Assembly (NCBI GenBank): GCA_019058315.1
Contig: JAHPZH010000001.1
Span: 1,265,432 to 1,329,431, forward strand
Length of the DNA: 64,000 nt
Origin: Candidatus Helarchaeota archaeon
GTDB taxonomy: Archaea > Asgardarchaeota > Lokiarchaeia > Helarchaeales > RDOG01
Direction of reading: 5' to 3'
In this document: positions 20,957-32,300 of the stretch, in pieces
Numbering within the stretch: position 1 is the stretch's first letter
How the letters are laid out: the number at the start of each line of letters is the position of its first letter
Translations under genes and position numbers: made by a program
The notes under the pieces: generated by a model
Database searches by the model: none
Seen by the model: only the letters and a program-made list of their open reading frames with translations
Told to the model about the DNA's origin: nothing

Positions 20957-21448
20957 ATGTGTGAAAAAATGACTCAAATTGGCGTTATTGGTTCTGGATT
21001 TTTAGAAGATAAATCAATTTATAAAATTGCTTATGAGATTGGAAGAGAAATTGCACTTAATAATTTTATTCTAATTTGTGGTGGGAAAGGAGGTGTTATG
21101 GAAGCAGTTTGTAAAGGTGTCAAGGAAGTTAATGGATTAAGTGTAGGAATATTACCAAGTATTAATAAAAATGAGGCAAATGAATTTGTAACCATAAAAA
21201 TTCCTACAAATTTAGGAGAAGATAGAAATTATTTAGTTGTTCAGTCTTCAGAAATTGTTATTTGTATTGCAGGACAAGTAGGTACGAAAATGGAAGCTGA
21301 ATATACATTAAAACTAAAGAAACCCTTGATTACAATACCAAAAACAGGTGGTATTTCACTAAATATTACTAAAAAATATCCAGAATCTGTATATCCTGTA
21401 AAAAATGCTAAGGATGCTATTAAAAAAATTTTAGATTTGATTAAATAA
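20957..21448 (+). CDS. LOG/TIGR00725-family Rossmann-fold protein
   Basis: IGVIGS, CGGKGGVMEAV, VGILP, RNYLVV, GQVGTKME. Confidence 0.88.
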   Translation: MCEKMTQIGVIGSGFLEDKSIYKIAYEIGREIALNNFILICGGKGGVMEAVCKGVKEVNGLSVGILPSINKNEANEFVTIKIPTNLGEDRNYLVVQSSEIVICIAGQVGTKMEAEYTLKLKKPLITIPKTGGISLNITKKYPESVYPVKNAKDAIKKILDLIK

Positions 21449-21550
21449 AATTAAATTATAGATAATTTTAATTAGGAATTATTAAAACTATTAATTTACA
21501 ATATTTTAGAATTTGTAATATTTTAGAAAAACATTTATGAGGTGGCTGAT

Positions 21551-21880
21551 ATGGGTAAAAAAAAGACATTATTTAAAGGAGTAATGGAAGGAACGGCAAC
21601 AACATATTGGTATGGTTCCAATTTTGTTATCAAATTAGATAATCCTATAGAAGGCATTCCAGAGGAATTTGTTGTATATTCAAGTGCGATGGCAGGTAGT
21701 GGTGGAGGTTTTGGAGCTATGAAATCAATGAGAAAAATTATGGCAACTAATATTCGACCAGGAGACAAGATGATTGTTGAAGGAGAACTTATTGTAGAGT
21801 ATGAGGGAAAGGAACAACTTGAATTTGTTCGAATGGCAGCAGATCATATTTACAATGGAACTTTAAAATGTGGATTCTAA
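21551..21880 (+). CDS. Hypothetical protein (possible OB-fold)
   Basis: ATG 21551 with GAGGTG RBS; IRPGDKMIVEGEL resembles an OB-fold strand pattern. Confidence 0.6.
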   Translation: MGKKKTLFKGVMEGTATTYWYGSNFVIKLDNPIEGIPEEFVVYSSAMAGSGGGFGAMKSMRKIMATNIRPGDKMIVEGELIVEYEGKEQLEFVRMAADHIYNGTLKCGF

Positions 21881-21938
21881 GTTAAAAAGAATTTCCCTTA
21901 TTTTTTTATTTTAGGTAGGTTTCATTATATATTTATAA

Positions 21939-21992
21939 ATCATTCGTATAAAGACTGACCATGTCTCTAATGAGACCTTAAAATGTGGATAT
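21939..21992 (+). pseudogene. Decayed copy of the 3' end of the preceding gene
   Basis: Translates IIRIKTDHVSNETLKCGY versus FVRMAADHIYNGTLKCGF; preceded in frame by TAA, no start codon. Confidence 0.6.
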
Positions 21993-22053
21993 TTAGAACC
22001 GGTAGAATTTGAAAAAATTTTCCTTAAACACAACTCTGTTTAAAAAATATATT

Positions 22054-22413
22054 TTAATTAAAATTTTTACGCCCACAGTATTCGCATACGGCTTCTTTTA
22101 GAGGAGCTTTGCAGAATTGACAAGTATAGTTTAATTCTTTAAGTGGATCTTTCTTTTTCCTTCTCCTAAATCTCGAAGTATAATATGTAGGAGTACTATA
22201 TGATTGAGAGGAGAAAGGTCTTGAAAAACTACTACCAAATTTAATTTTTAATATTATAATCGTTATAAAAACACCCGCCATTATTGCTGCAATAGTTATA
22301 AACGTTGTAGTTCCCCTATTGACATTATCTCTAAACCAAATTTCACTCAGTAAAGCAAATAGCCAAAATGCTCTGTCCATTTCATCTGGATCCATAAATA
22401 AAAAAAATAACAT
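22054..22413 (-). CDS. Membrane protein with C-terminal zinc ribbon
   Basis: Hydrophobic helix followed by CQFC...CEYCG. Confidence 0.65.
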   Translation of the reverse strand: MLFFLFMDPDEMDRAFWLFALLSEIWFRDNVNRGTTTFITIAAIMAGVFITIIILKIKFGSSFSRPFSSQSYSTPTYYTSRFRRRKKKDPLKELNYTCQFCKAPLKEAVCEYCGRKNFN

Positions 22414-22549
22414 ACTCCCACCTTTTGAAAAGGTTAACTAATTGTAATATAGATAATATAGAGTAAATACTACTATAAAATGATTTTTATCATTTTTTAG
22501 AATTTAGATGTTTTTATCGATAAAATTAAAAATAAAAATAAGAAATAAA

Positions 22550-23356
22550 TTATTTTCCAACAAAATTTGATTCTCTTTTTTCTTTCAGAGCTTTTAAAGA
22601 TTCGCTAAAGTCTTTAGATGCTGCTGTTTTTCGTAACCCTTTATTTTCCATATCTAAAGCATCGGATATAAATTGTGTAAGAGGTTTATGTAGTGCTCTT
22701 TTCATCATTTTTAAAGCAAGACTTGGACCTTTCGGAGGTACTAATTTAAGTGCTTGTTCTCTTGTATATGGAATTAGTTCTTCAGGTTTACAGACTTTAT
22801 TTATAAGTCCAAAGTCATACATTTGTTGAGCAGAGATTTTGTCTCCAAAAAACATCAGTTCTTTTGTTTTTGGATATCCGATCAGACGAGGGAGGATGAA
22901 ACTGGATGCAAATTCGGGAATTATAGCCCTTTTAACAAACATGAAGCTTGCATAGGCATTTTCAGACATGTAGATTAAGTCGCAACAAGTCAGAGGCATT
23001 GTTATGCCAGCGCCGAGTGCTAATCCATTAATAGCTGCAATTATGGGTTTTTCAAATTCCCACATTTTTAAACATAGCTTTTTTTGTGCAATATCATTCA
23101 GATCTATTTCTTTTTTAATTTCAGGAGGAATCTGTTCTAATATTTTCATATTAAAATAACCACCAGATGAAAATGCATCCCCAGCTCCAGTCATTATTAT
23201 GACACGTGCCTTTTTATCTTTTTGAGCTTGATCAAATGCTTGCCAAAGTTCCCAAAATGTCAATTGAGATAGCGCATTTTTTCTTTCTGGTTTGTTTAAT
23301 GTAATAGTTACAATTCCGTTCTCTTCTTGGTCAAAAATTATATCTTCAAATTCCAA
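22550..23356 (-). CDS. Enoyl-CoA hydratase/isomerase (crotonase) family protein
   Basis: ITLNKPERKNAL, AFSSGG, KPIIAAINGLALGAG, LPRLIG. Confidence 0.92.
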   Translation of the reverse strand: MEFEDIIFDQEENGIVTITLNKPERKNALSQLTFWELWQAFDQAQKDKKARVIIMTGAGDAFSSGGYFNMKILEQIPPEIKKEIDLNDIAQKKLCLKMWEFEKPIIAAINGLALGAGITMPLTCCDLIYMSENAYASFMFVKRAIIPEFASSFILPRLIGYPKTKELMFFGDKISAQQMYDFGLINKVCKPEELIPYTREQALKLVPPKGPSLALKMMKRALHKPLTQFISDALDMENKGLRKTAASKDFSESLKALKEKRESNFVGK

Positions 23357-23449
23357 ATTAATAACCCTATTAATTTATTCTTTTTAAAATGGTTAAATTA
23401 AAGTTCACAAAACATCTTTTAAATTTTTCAAAAAGATTCTAATAACAAA

Positions 23450-24730
23450 CTAAAAAAAAGTTTTAATTTTTTCGAGTTCAACACCCGATTTTGATATTCT
23501 TAAACTCCCAAATTGAATTTGATCTATTATTTCTTTTACAGGGGTGAAAATTTTAATAATATTTTCTTCATAGTCAATCTCCTCAATTATGCCTGTACCA
23601 TAATGTATATTATTTCCTACTAAACCTACAAGAATCCCCTTTTCAATATCTAATTGGACTATATGAATATATTGAACATTATATTTTTCTTTTAACAAAT
23701 TTAAGTTGTCAAGTTTCCAAAATTTCTCTTCATCTTGGACAAAAAATATACCATCTTTACTAATTTCACAATATTTTGATTTTAAATCTAAAATTTCCTC
23801 AATTGATTTTAAAGTAGATTCATCAGGTTTGTTTCCAGTTTTAAATAAACAATACGCAAAATTAATTTCATTACAATTGAAAGATCTAGATGTAGCATTT
23901 AGGAAATAGTCTCGAAAGGATACTTCTCGTAAGAATCTTCTATCATTAAAATTTCGTATATGAATATTTTTTGAAACAGATAATCTATGAATAGGGATAA
24001 TTTCATAAAAAGGTTTTAATAAGTGTTCAATTTCAGATTCTTTTTGAATTCCTACGATTAAATTTGGTTTAATTAATTCAATTTTTGATGTTTTATAACT
24101 TCTTGCTGCATTTCCTTTTATCCAGCCACTTGTATCGATTAATATTACATCATTTTTAAGTGCTTCTTCTAACAATCTTCCTATTCCTGCCAAACATCTA
24201 ATCATATGTCCTGAAGGAGAAGTATTACCTACAAAAAAGAGACTTTCAATTGGAACATCTTTAAGATCATAAACAGATTCTTTTAAAATTCCTAATCCAA
24301 TTGTACAGGGAGGACCTATATCATGTTGACCTACATCTAAATCAAGCACTGCTGTTTTATAACCATTTTCAAAACTTTTATTAGCGAGATAAGTAATGAG
24401 TGAAGTTTTTCCCGTATCTCCACCTCCCATTAGGAGAATTTTACATGGTTTTGCAAGTTCCAAAATTTTTTTTGCTAATTTCCTTTTATCTTCAGAAATT
24501 GCAGGTCCTTCTATTTTCTCTATGTTGTTTGAAGAATCAGTATTAATTTGTAAAATTGAAAGCTTATTAGCTTCGATGGGTAATGATTTACCTTTTTTAA
24601 CGATTAAAGATTCACTACTATAAATTTTCTTACCAAAGATTTCAATTTCTCCATCATCCACTTGAATTTTAGAAGGTCCAATTATTTTCCTTACTTCATT
24701 TTTTTTGAGTTTGATTTCCATTTGGTCCAC
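23450..24730 (-). CDS. Clp1/Grc3/Nol9-family polynucleotide 5'-kinase
   Basis: GGGDTGKTS, DLDVGQHDIGPPCTIG, FVGNTSP, IDTSGW, R..LRE lid. Confidence 0.9.
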   Translation of the reverse strand: MDQMEIKLKKNEVRKIIGPSKIQVDDGEIEIFGKKIYSSESLIVKKGKSLPIEANKLSILQINTDSSNNIEKIEGPAISEDKRKLAKKILELAKPCKILLMGGGDTGKTSLITYLANKSFENGYKTAVLDLDVGQHDIGPPCTIGLGILKESVYDLKDVPIESLFFVGNTSPSGHMIRCLAGIGRLLEEALKNDVILIDTSGWIKGNAARSYKTSKIELIKPNLIVGIQKESEIEHLLKPFYEIIPIHRLSVSKNIHIRNFNDRRFLREVSFRDYFLNATSRSFNCNEINFAYCLFKTGNKPDESTLKSIEEILDLKSKYCEISKDGIFFVQDEEKFWKLDNLNLLKEKYNVQYIHIVQLDIEKGILVGLVGNNIHYGTGIIEEIDYEENIIKIFTPVKEIIDQIQFGSLRISKSGVELEKIKTFF

Positions 24731-25072
24731 TTAAATATAGAATTTGTCTTTGGGCCTAGAAGGTGATTTAACTGTTAAAATTTTAGCATAATCCGATAGA
24801 ACTCTTAAAGAATGGGTCTCATTGGGTTCAAAATAGATTGCTGTTCCCTTACCAAGATTTATTTTTTTATGGTTAACATCAAATTCTATCAAACCTTCAA
24901 TAATGTACAAAATTTCTTGTACTTCCAAGTGGAAATGAGCTCTAAATGACTCTCCTTTATTAAATTCAGCAACTCCCAACTCCACTTCATTTATTGACGC
25001 ATTCCATGGTCCAATTAACCATTTCGAAATTTTTTCCCCTTTCTCTACCTCTTTTTCATTAATTATAAACAA
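24731..25072 (-). CDS. Cupin domain protein
   Basis: AHFHLEVQEILYIIEG...FEPNETH. Confidence 0.88.
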   Translation of the reverse strand: MFIINEKEVEKGEKISKWLIGPWNASINEVELGVAEFNKGESFRAHFHLEVQEILYIIEGLIEFDVNHKKINLGKGTAIYFEPNETHSLRVLSDYAKILTVKSPSRPKDKFYI

Positions 25073-25106
25073 AATATAACCTCATTATCTTTTGGGTTTA
25101 AGAAAA

Positions 25107-26021
25107 TTAACCCCCAATTTTCACTTTTAAACCATAAGATTCTAGAATTTTTTTTATTTCCTCTAACCGATCTATCTCAGGAGGTTTAACATCATGCATA
25201 GTCCATTCCATATCTAACTTTTCGTATTTTGATTCTCCTAATCGGTGGAAAGGAATAATATTAATTTCATTGACACCTTCTAACATCTTTACAAATTCCC
25301 CAGTTTGTTTAATATTTTTATTGGAATCATTGTAGCCGGGTATTAAAGGGAACCTAATTATCATTAGCTTCTTTGACTTTGAAATTTTTTTAATATTTTC
25401 AATGATAATATTATTATTTTTTCCTGTAAACTCCTCATGGCTATTGGAATCCATGTGTTTAAGATCAAATAAGACTAAATCAATATATTCTAAAACTTCA
25501 TTAAAAGTTTTCCAACTTACATACCCACAAGTTTCAATAGCGGTATTAATATTTCTATTTTTACATTCTTTTAATAATTCTATTAAAAATTTTGGTTGCA
25601 TCAATGGTTCTCCCCCAGAAACCGTGATTCCACCACCACTTTTTTCATAAAATGGTCTATCTTTTTCCACTTCTTTAATAACTTCTTCTACAGTCATTTT
25701 TTTTCCTGCTACTTCTAAAGCTTCAGCATAGCATGTTTCAATACATTTCAAACATCGATTACACTTATCACGATCAATTCTTTTATCAGCAGATTTAATT
25801 ATTGCATCTTCAGAACAGACTTCTGAACATTTTCCGCAACCTATACATTTAACTTTTGAAAATAGGATCTCAGGGTACGTATTTTGAGATTCTGGATTAC
25901 TACACCATAAACAACGTAATGGACATCCTTTAAAAAATACTAAAGTTCTAATACCTGGTCCATCATGGATGGAATAGCGTTGAATGTTGAAAATCGTTCC
26001 AACAGTTTCCATTTTTTTCAC
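25107..26021 (-). CDS. Glycyl-radical enzyme activating enzyme (radical SAM with ferredoxin insert)
   Basis: HDGPGIRTLVFFKGCPLRCLWCSNPESQ, two CxxCxxCxxxC motifs, SGGEP. Confidence 0.93.
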   Translation of the reverse strand: MKKMETVGTIFNIQRYSIHDGPGIRTLVFFKGCPLRCLWCSNPESQNTYPEILFSKVKCIGCGKCSEVCSEDAIIKSADKRIDRDKCNRCLKCIETCYAEALEVAGKKMTVEEVIKEVEKDRPFYEKSGGGITVSGGEPLMQPKFLIELLKECKNRNINTAIETCGYVSWKTFNEVLEYIDLVLFDLKHMDSNSHEEFTGKNNNIIIENIKKISKSKKLMIIRFPLIPGYNDSNKNIKQTGEFVKMLEGVNEINIIPFHRLGESKYEKLDMEWTMHDVKPPEIDRLEEIKKILESYGLKVKIGG

Positions 26022-26122
26022 AAAAAAAGTAAAGTTGAAATTGCTTTTAGAAATTGCTCTTTAAAATATTGGAATATAATGAGTTTTGAATTAATACAAT
26101 TGATATAAATTATAAAGGTTCA

Positions 26123-26671
26123 TTATTTAATGAGCTTTTCTGCAATTTTATAAAAGGCTTTTTCCACTTGTTCACCAGTCTTAGCGGATGTTTCGAAGAA
26201 CGCAATAGATTTTATAATTTTGGACATTTCTTCGCCTTTTTCAGTCGAAACAGGAGCTAGATCATCTTTTATTAAGCTCCTTGATAGCCCTTTCATCTCA
26301 CTTCTTAAGTCTACCTTGTTACCAACAAGAATTAAAGGAACATCCTCAATATCACGTAAATCTTGAACAAAGTCGGGAACTTCCAGGTATGTGCTGGGTT
26401 TAGTGACGTCATAAACTACTAGAGCAGCACTTGAGCCCCTATAATACATCTGTCTTACACGGCCGAACTTTTCCTGACCTGCAACATCCCAACATAACAG
26501 TTGAACATTTTTATTATCCACTTTAAGATCTTTAATTAATATATTCACACCGATTGTTTCTTTATATGATTCAGAGAATGAATTTTCCACATATTTTTTG
26601 ATTAAAGATGTCTTACCTACAGCAGGGGCGCCCACAAGAATTATTTTGAAATTATATGTTTCCTCACTCAT
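26123..26671 (-). CDS. Rab-like small GTPase
   Basis: GAPAVGKT, ETIGV, WDVAGQE, NKVD, ETSAKTG; no C-terminal Cys prenylation motif. Confidence 0.93.
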   Translation of the reverse strand: MSEETYNFKIILVGAPAVGKTSLIKKYVENSFSESYKETIGVNILIKDLKVDNKNVQLLCWDVAGQEKFGRVRQMYYRGSSAALVVYDVTKPSTYLEVPDFVQDLRDIEDVPLILVGNKVDLRSEMKGLSRSLIKDDLAPVSTEKGEEMSKIIKSIAFFETSAKTGEQVEKAFYKIAEKLIK

Positions 26672-26771
26672 TTTTCTACCATACCATATTTTTAGATTTA
26701 TTAATTAAATTATTAAAAAATCAGCCAATTCATAAAAAAATTTTTTGATTATTTCTTTTTAAATAAATTTA

Positions 26772-27269
26772 TCACTCAAATAAACTTGGATAAATTTTTT
26801 TTACCAAAGGATATTGTTCTTCTAAAGCCTTAAGCCATAGGTCTTTCTCCCACATCTCTTTTAATTCTTCATTATTCATTATATATTTTAACCTTTCTTT
26901 AAGTTGTTCACAAGTTGGTTTTGAGGGTATATATATCAATGTATTTAACTTTTTTCCATCAGAAAGAACAACTTTGCATGTAGTTCTTTGAAATAGATGT
27001 GGAACTCCCTCATAAAAGTCTAATTCTTTTAAACCATCAACTGAAATATCATATACCAACGCTTTTACTGTAGAATTTTTTTTAGTTGGAACTGCAAAAG
27101 GATAAAAAATACCCAATTCTTCAAATTTAGGATGATAAATTCTTACAAAATTCTCAATTGAACCAGTTCCAATTACTTTAAAAAGACTTTCACCAGATGC
27201 GGAACGAATTATAAAAGTACCATACCCTATCATTTTGACTTGCTTTTCGGACTCTTCACTTTTTTCCAT
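26772..27269 (-). CDS. Gamma-glutamylcyclotransferase/AIG2-like protein
   Basis: GYGT near the N-terminus; LDFYEG..LFQR. Confidence 0.75.
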   Translation of the reverse strand: MEKSEESEKQVKMIGYGTFIIRSASGESLFKVIGTGSIENFVRIYHPKFEELGIFYPFAVPTKKNSTVKALVYDISVDGLKELDFYEGVPHLFQRTTCKVVLSDGKKLNTLIYIPSKPTCEQLKERLKYIMNNEELKEMWEKDLWLKALEEQYPLVKKIYPSLFE

Positions 27270-27390
27270 TTATTATCGGTCCATAATAAATAATCATTAT
27301 TTTATCTTATTTTTGAATAATTACTATTAATAAATTAACTTGAAAAAATATTAAATGTTTGATTAAACTATTAAACTTATCATTTATAAG

Positions 27391-28257
27391 ATGGGACTTC
27401 TAATGAATGAAAAACGATTTACTAACTTAATAATAACCTATTTAATATTATGGGCAGTATCAGTATTTGTTCCAGATATTCTTTTTAGAAATTCTTCTAA
27501 TATTTTTGCCAAAATGATAAGAATTCAAGTCCCAGTTGCCGAATACGGAATTTTTTCTACTAATCTTCATCTAAGTACTTTATTTGAATTTATTCTACCA
27601 TTTGTAATCAATCCCATCTTCATCTTTCTTTTATATAGAGAGCTTAAAAGTTCTCCTCCACGAGATACAGATAATAGATTGACGATCTGGACTAAATATG
27701 GAATTATAAGTGCAATGTTGATTTTTTCTTTGGGCTATGGCTTTCATTATGTAGGAGATGCACTTGATACAATCATCCCATTTGATTGGATATCAATCAG
27801 TTTAATCACGGGTCATATAAATGAGGCCCTAATATTTATGTATGTGAAGATTCCAGCTTATTATTTTGATGAAGTGATAGCTCATAAATTAGTACAATTT
27901 GGACTATATGGTTCTTATTCAGGATTAGCTATTATACAATATTTGCATCCAATAGAAATTGAATTAAATGAATTAGAGTATTATGGAAAAGCTATTTTAG
28001 GTGGTGCCTTTGGGGGTGCAACAGCAATCGCATTAGCAGAAGGTCAATGTGCCTTTGAATTTTTATTTTTTAATCTCTTTACACTAATATTTATTGTAAT
28101 CCAAATAAAAAAATTAGAAATTAATCTGCGTAAGCTGCCTTTTTTAACTTTCTTCTTATTCTATTTATTAATAATGATAATTGTAACTCTAATTTGGGGC
28201 CTAGTAACTGGATTCAAACCCTTCTACCCATTCTTTTATCAAATGAGCGAATTATAA
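27391..28257 (+). CDS. Polytopic membrane protein, unknown function
   Basis: About 7 hydrophobic segments with polar HYVGD and DEVIAH motifs. Confidence 0.7.
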   Translation: MGLLMNEKRFTNLIITYLILWAVSVFVPDILFRNSSNIFAKMIRIQVPVAEYGIFSTNLHLSTLFEFILPFVINPIFIFLLYRELKSSPPRDTDNRLTIWTKYGIISAMLIFSLGYGFHYVGDALDTIIPFDWISISLITGHINEALIFMYVKIPAYYFDEVIAHKLVQFGLYGSYSGLAIIQYLHPIEIELNELEYYGKAILGGAFGGATAIALAEGQCAFEFLFFNLFTLIFIVIQIKKLEINLRKLPFLTFFLFYLLIMIIVTLIWGLVTGFKPFYPFFYQMSEL

Positions 28258-28376
28258 CGGTAAATACTAAATATTTCAAAGTTTAAATTAAAATACATAA
28301 GTCTCTCACCATTTCATCTCAAATGAAGGAGAATATAATATTAATTTTAAAAAAATTATCAAATTTTTGAATGAAA

Positions 28377-29153
28377 TTAATCCGCCCATCCAATTCTACG
28401 TTTAAACCAATCTGGCATAGCGAAACAGACATAGAAAATAATTGCGGCAGGAATAAATAACACTTGGATGGTTGAAAGCTCTCTTGAAATTGATGTAAAG
28501 ACAATAGCTATAACAAATAATAAAATACCAATTCCAAACCAAATTGAACGGTTACTATTAGCTTTATTTTCATTTCGGACTTTTTTAGCAAAATAGAAAA
28601 AAACTCCAACTGGAATCGCACCAAATGGTATTAAAAGAATTATACGTATTAAGATAATTTCAATAGAGAAGAAAATTGCAAAATCAACAATTTTAGTGTG
28701 TGGAGGACCTTGAATAATTGCCCAACTTTGAGTCCCTAGTAAAATACCTGATAATACTAATAAAAATATAAATATGACGTTAAAACGTTTAGGATAAGTA
28801 ACACGAATTGCAAATGCATTAACAAATAAATAACATATTTGAGCGGAAAGGTACATATTTATTGTTAAAAGTTCTCCTAGCCCTGGTAAACCCCAAGTTG
28901 CGTAACATAATCTTGAAAATACAACTAGTACATTACTAATTATTAAAAATATCATTCCTAATAAAAAGAGCAAAGTTTCTGTTAATTTGTCTCTTCTATA
29001 ATCCTTATATAATTCATAAATTATAAGAAATAAGAATAGCCCAGCAACACCATAGATCACAATTCCAAAAATTTCGAATAGTAGATTAGTAGTATTAAGA
29101 CCAAGTAGTTGATAAATAATATACTGAAAAGGATAATCCCACGACGCAACCAT
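28377..29153 (-). CDS. 7TM membrane protein, paralog 1 (MPDWFKRRIGW family)
   Basis: Seven hydrophobic segments; clear similarity to 52710-53486 and 62232-63029. Confidence 0.8.
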   Translation of the reverse strand: MVASWDYPFQYIIYQLLGLNTTNLLFEIFGIVIYGVAGLFLFLIIYELYKDYRRDKLTETLLFLLGMIFLIISNVLVVFSRLCYATWGLPGLGELLTINMYLSAQICYLFVNAFAIRVTYPKRFNVIFIFLLVLSGILLGTQSWAIIQGPPHTKIVDFAIFFSIEIILIRIILLIPFGAIPVGVFFYFAKKVRNENKANSNRSIWFGIGILLFVIAIVFTSISRELSTIQVLFIPAAIIFYVCFAMPDWFKRRIGWAD

Positions 29154-29387
29154 TTTCTATCTTCCTTTTTTTAAAATAGTCTTATTTTACATATAATGAT
29201 TTTTATTAGATATATTGAGCATATTAATTAATCTTTTCTTTTGGTAATTATAGCTTATTTTTTAAAAATATAATAATTCATCAGATATTAGAATTTAGAA
29301 CTCAAAGAAATTAATCAAATTTGTTTAATTTTATATTCTCAAAATATTAATGATATAATAAAATCATCAAATAAGGAAAATAATTAT

Positions 29388-32300
29388 ATGGTCGATTTAT
29401 TAAATAATGAGCTTTCAGATCAGATTAATAATTTAAGCCACAAAGCCGAAGAGGAGGAATTAAAATACAATTGGCTTAAAGAAATTGAAATTTTAAAAAA
29501 AGCAGAAAAAATAAGTTCAGAGGAAAATTTCAAGTTAAAAAATGGAGAAATTAATTTTAAATTGGGCGAAATTTATTTAATGGCTGCAAATTTTGGAAAA
29601 ACTGAAGAAAATGTAATAATAAACTTTCAATTATCTAAGAATCATTTTCTAAAGAGTTTGGAGATATTTAAAGACCTTAATATTGAAGAAAAAATATATG
29701 CTACATTAGGTTTCATTGATTATCTAGATTACATATTAGAAACTGAAGCAATTGAAGAAAATATATTAGATAGGGCAAAAAATGAATTCAAAAAAGCGAA
29801 ATTAATTAATTTTAATAAAGGGGATTTAATTGAATCTTTAAAATCGGCAATTTTTGAAAGTAGATTCATAAATCTAATTATGTGTGAAAAACTTATTTGC
29901 ATAGACCCAAATATAGATTTCATCGAATTAGCTTCAGATTATGAAAATCTGGTTGCAAAAATTTGGGTAGATATTAAAAATCAACAACAAGATTTACCCG
30001 AATTTTATTACTATTTCTTTTTGAAAAATATCGTCCATTTTGTAACTTTAATTTTTTATTTCTTACCAGTTAAAGTATCAGTTAAAAGACAGCTTCTAAT
30101 CAATAATTTGAATATTATTTCGGAATTTATAGATAAAATCGAAAATTCAAAGAAAGAATTAAGTTCATTTTATGCTTATTCAATATGCTCTTCATTTAAC
30201 ATGGTATATTCAATATTTTATGTCGAAAGTCAATTTGAGCAGAAAAAATATTTAAAATCTGCACAAAAATGGTTACGAAAAGCAGAAATTTTATTACCTA
30301 ATATCACTGCGAATTCAGCATTGAGAACATTCTATTTCACACGATTTACAGTGTCTATTTTTTTAATTAGACTAGGTTTTTTTGCTAGAGATTTTAAACA
30401 TGTAATGGAAGATTTAAATGAATGTGTTAATCTACTTTTTATTCTTTTTCCCAGAATATTTGGTATAGTTATTACTTTCCTTTCTGTAAATGTTTTTTTA
30501 GCAGCAGCTAATAATCCTTCAGCTCCAGAAGTTCAAAGATTTGATTTTGCTGAAAAAGCTATGGATTTGATTAATTCTAAAATAAATAAATTTTCATTAC
30601 TAAACAATCCAAATTATAAACTCTTTACTATAACAAAAGATGTTCAACTATGTATGGCATTTGGGATATTAGGGGATTTAAGTAAAAATAAAGAAGAGAG
30701 AGATAGATATATTAAGAATTCAAAAACTCTTTTTGATAATTTGTCAAAATTTGATAATCCTTTTATAACAGACAATTATCTTTACTTAACTATAGTTCCT
30801 AGGATTGGAAAAACATTAGCTAGTCATTCAAAAGAGAAAAATAACAAAGTATATTATGACCAAAAGGTAATAGATATATTATTACGTGGTAGAGAAATGG
30901 CAATGGCTTATTTCGATGTCGAGAACCAATTTTTAATTGGAGAAACATATTTTGAAATGGCAACACTAACCAATGATGATAAAATACTAAAAAAAGCTTA
31001 TTCATCATATATGAATACCATTAAATTCTGCAAAGATAAAGGGTATTTTAATTTAGTGGGAACTGCATATATTAATCTTGCCCAAATTGAAGATAGATTA
31101 GAAAATTATTTATCTGCATCAGATAATTATAAAAAAGCCATAGATTCATTCGATCAGGCAATTATGACTCTTACATACACAAAATTGAGTAAAAAGATTG
31201 AGAAGCTAAAAAAATATGTAGAAGCCTGGAGTATAATTGAAATAGCTAAATCATACCATGTAAAAGAGGAACATCATGAAGCACAATTAAATTATGAGCA
31301 AGCTAGCAGAATATTAAATGATTTACGTGATTATAAATTCGAATCACCTTTTTATTCTGCATGGGGTGTGCTAGAAAAAGCAGAAGATTTAAGTAAAATA
31401 AATAAACATCAAGAAGCTGCAGCTACATATTTAGTATCAAAAAATAAATTCCACGATGCTTTAGAAACCCTCAATTCTTACTTGAAAAAAAGAAAATCTC
31501 TTGAGGATATAGATCGAATTTCCAAGTTAACTCAAGTTGCAATGATACGTGAAACATATTGCGACGCTAGATACGAGATTGAAACCGCAAGAATAGAAAG
31601 TAGAAAGGGAAATCATTTAATCGCAGCTGAACTTTATAATAAAGCAAGTGTCGCTTTTGAAAATATATGTCAAAAATTTAAAATTCGACATGAAAGGGAT
31701 GAGTTATCAGCGATTTACTATCTCTGTAAGGCTTGGGAGAAGATGGAACAAGCAGAAGGAGAACAAAAACCAAATCTTTATGATGTGGCCTCACAACTCT
31801 TTGAAAAGGCGAGTAAAATATTTCCGGAAAGTCGTATGAAAAAATTATCTATAGGGAATTCACTTTTTTGTTCCGCTCTTGAACAAGGGAGTTACTTTGA
31901 TAAAACCACTGAATTGGATGAAAAGATTAAACATTATAAAAAAATAAAGATGTATTTACGAGAATCGTCAAAAAACTATCAATTGGGTGGATTCAAACAG
32001 GATGCACAATGGGCTTTAGCAACTTCTACCTTTTTTGACGGTATATGGCATTTAATTCAATCAGATAATGAGATGAATTTCTCTAAAAGGAATGAATTTT
32101 TGAATATAGCAATAAATTATCTAAAGAATGCTTTACAAATCTTTGAAAAAGCGGGTTATGAACAAAAAAGGGATGAAATTCTAAATTATTTAGAAATGAT
32201 TAAAGACGAAAAAGAAATTCTTGCTTCTGCACTTAATATTATAGAAAAACCTGAAATTTCGAAAAGCACCGTTGGAATTTCAGCACCATCGTGTCCCATT

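Noticed and set aside
28319-28504. Similar short minus-strand ORFs at 28319-28504 and 52571-52786 (LCQIGLNxELDG)
   Set aside because: Alternate-frame readings of the conserved 3' ends of the 7TM paralogs; not independent genes
28377-29153. Calling the 7TM proteins rhodopsins or true GPCRs
   Set aside because: No TM7 retinal lysine and no DRY/NPxxY motifs; only the helix count is supported
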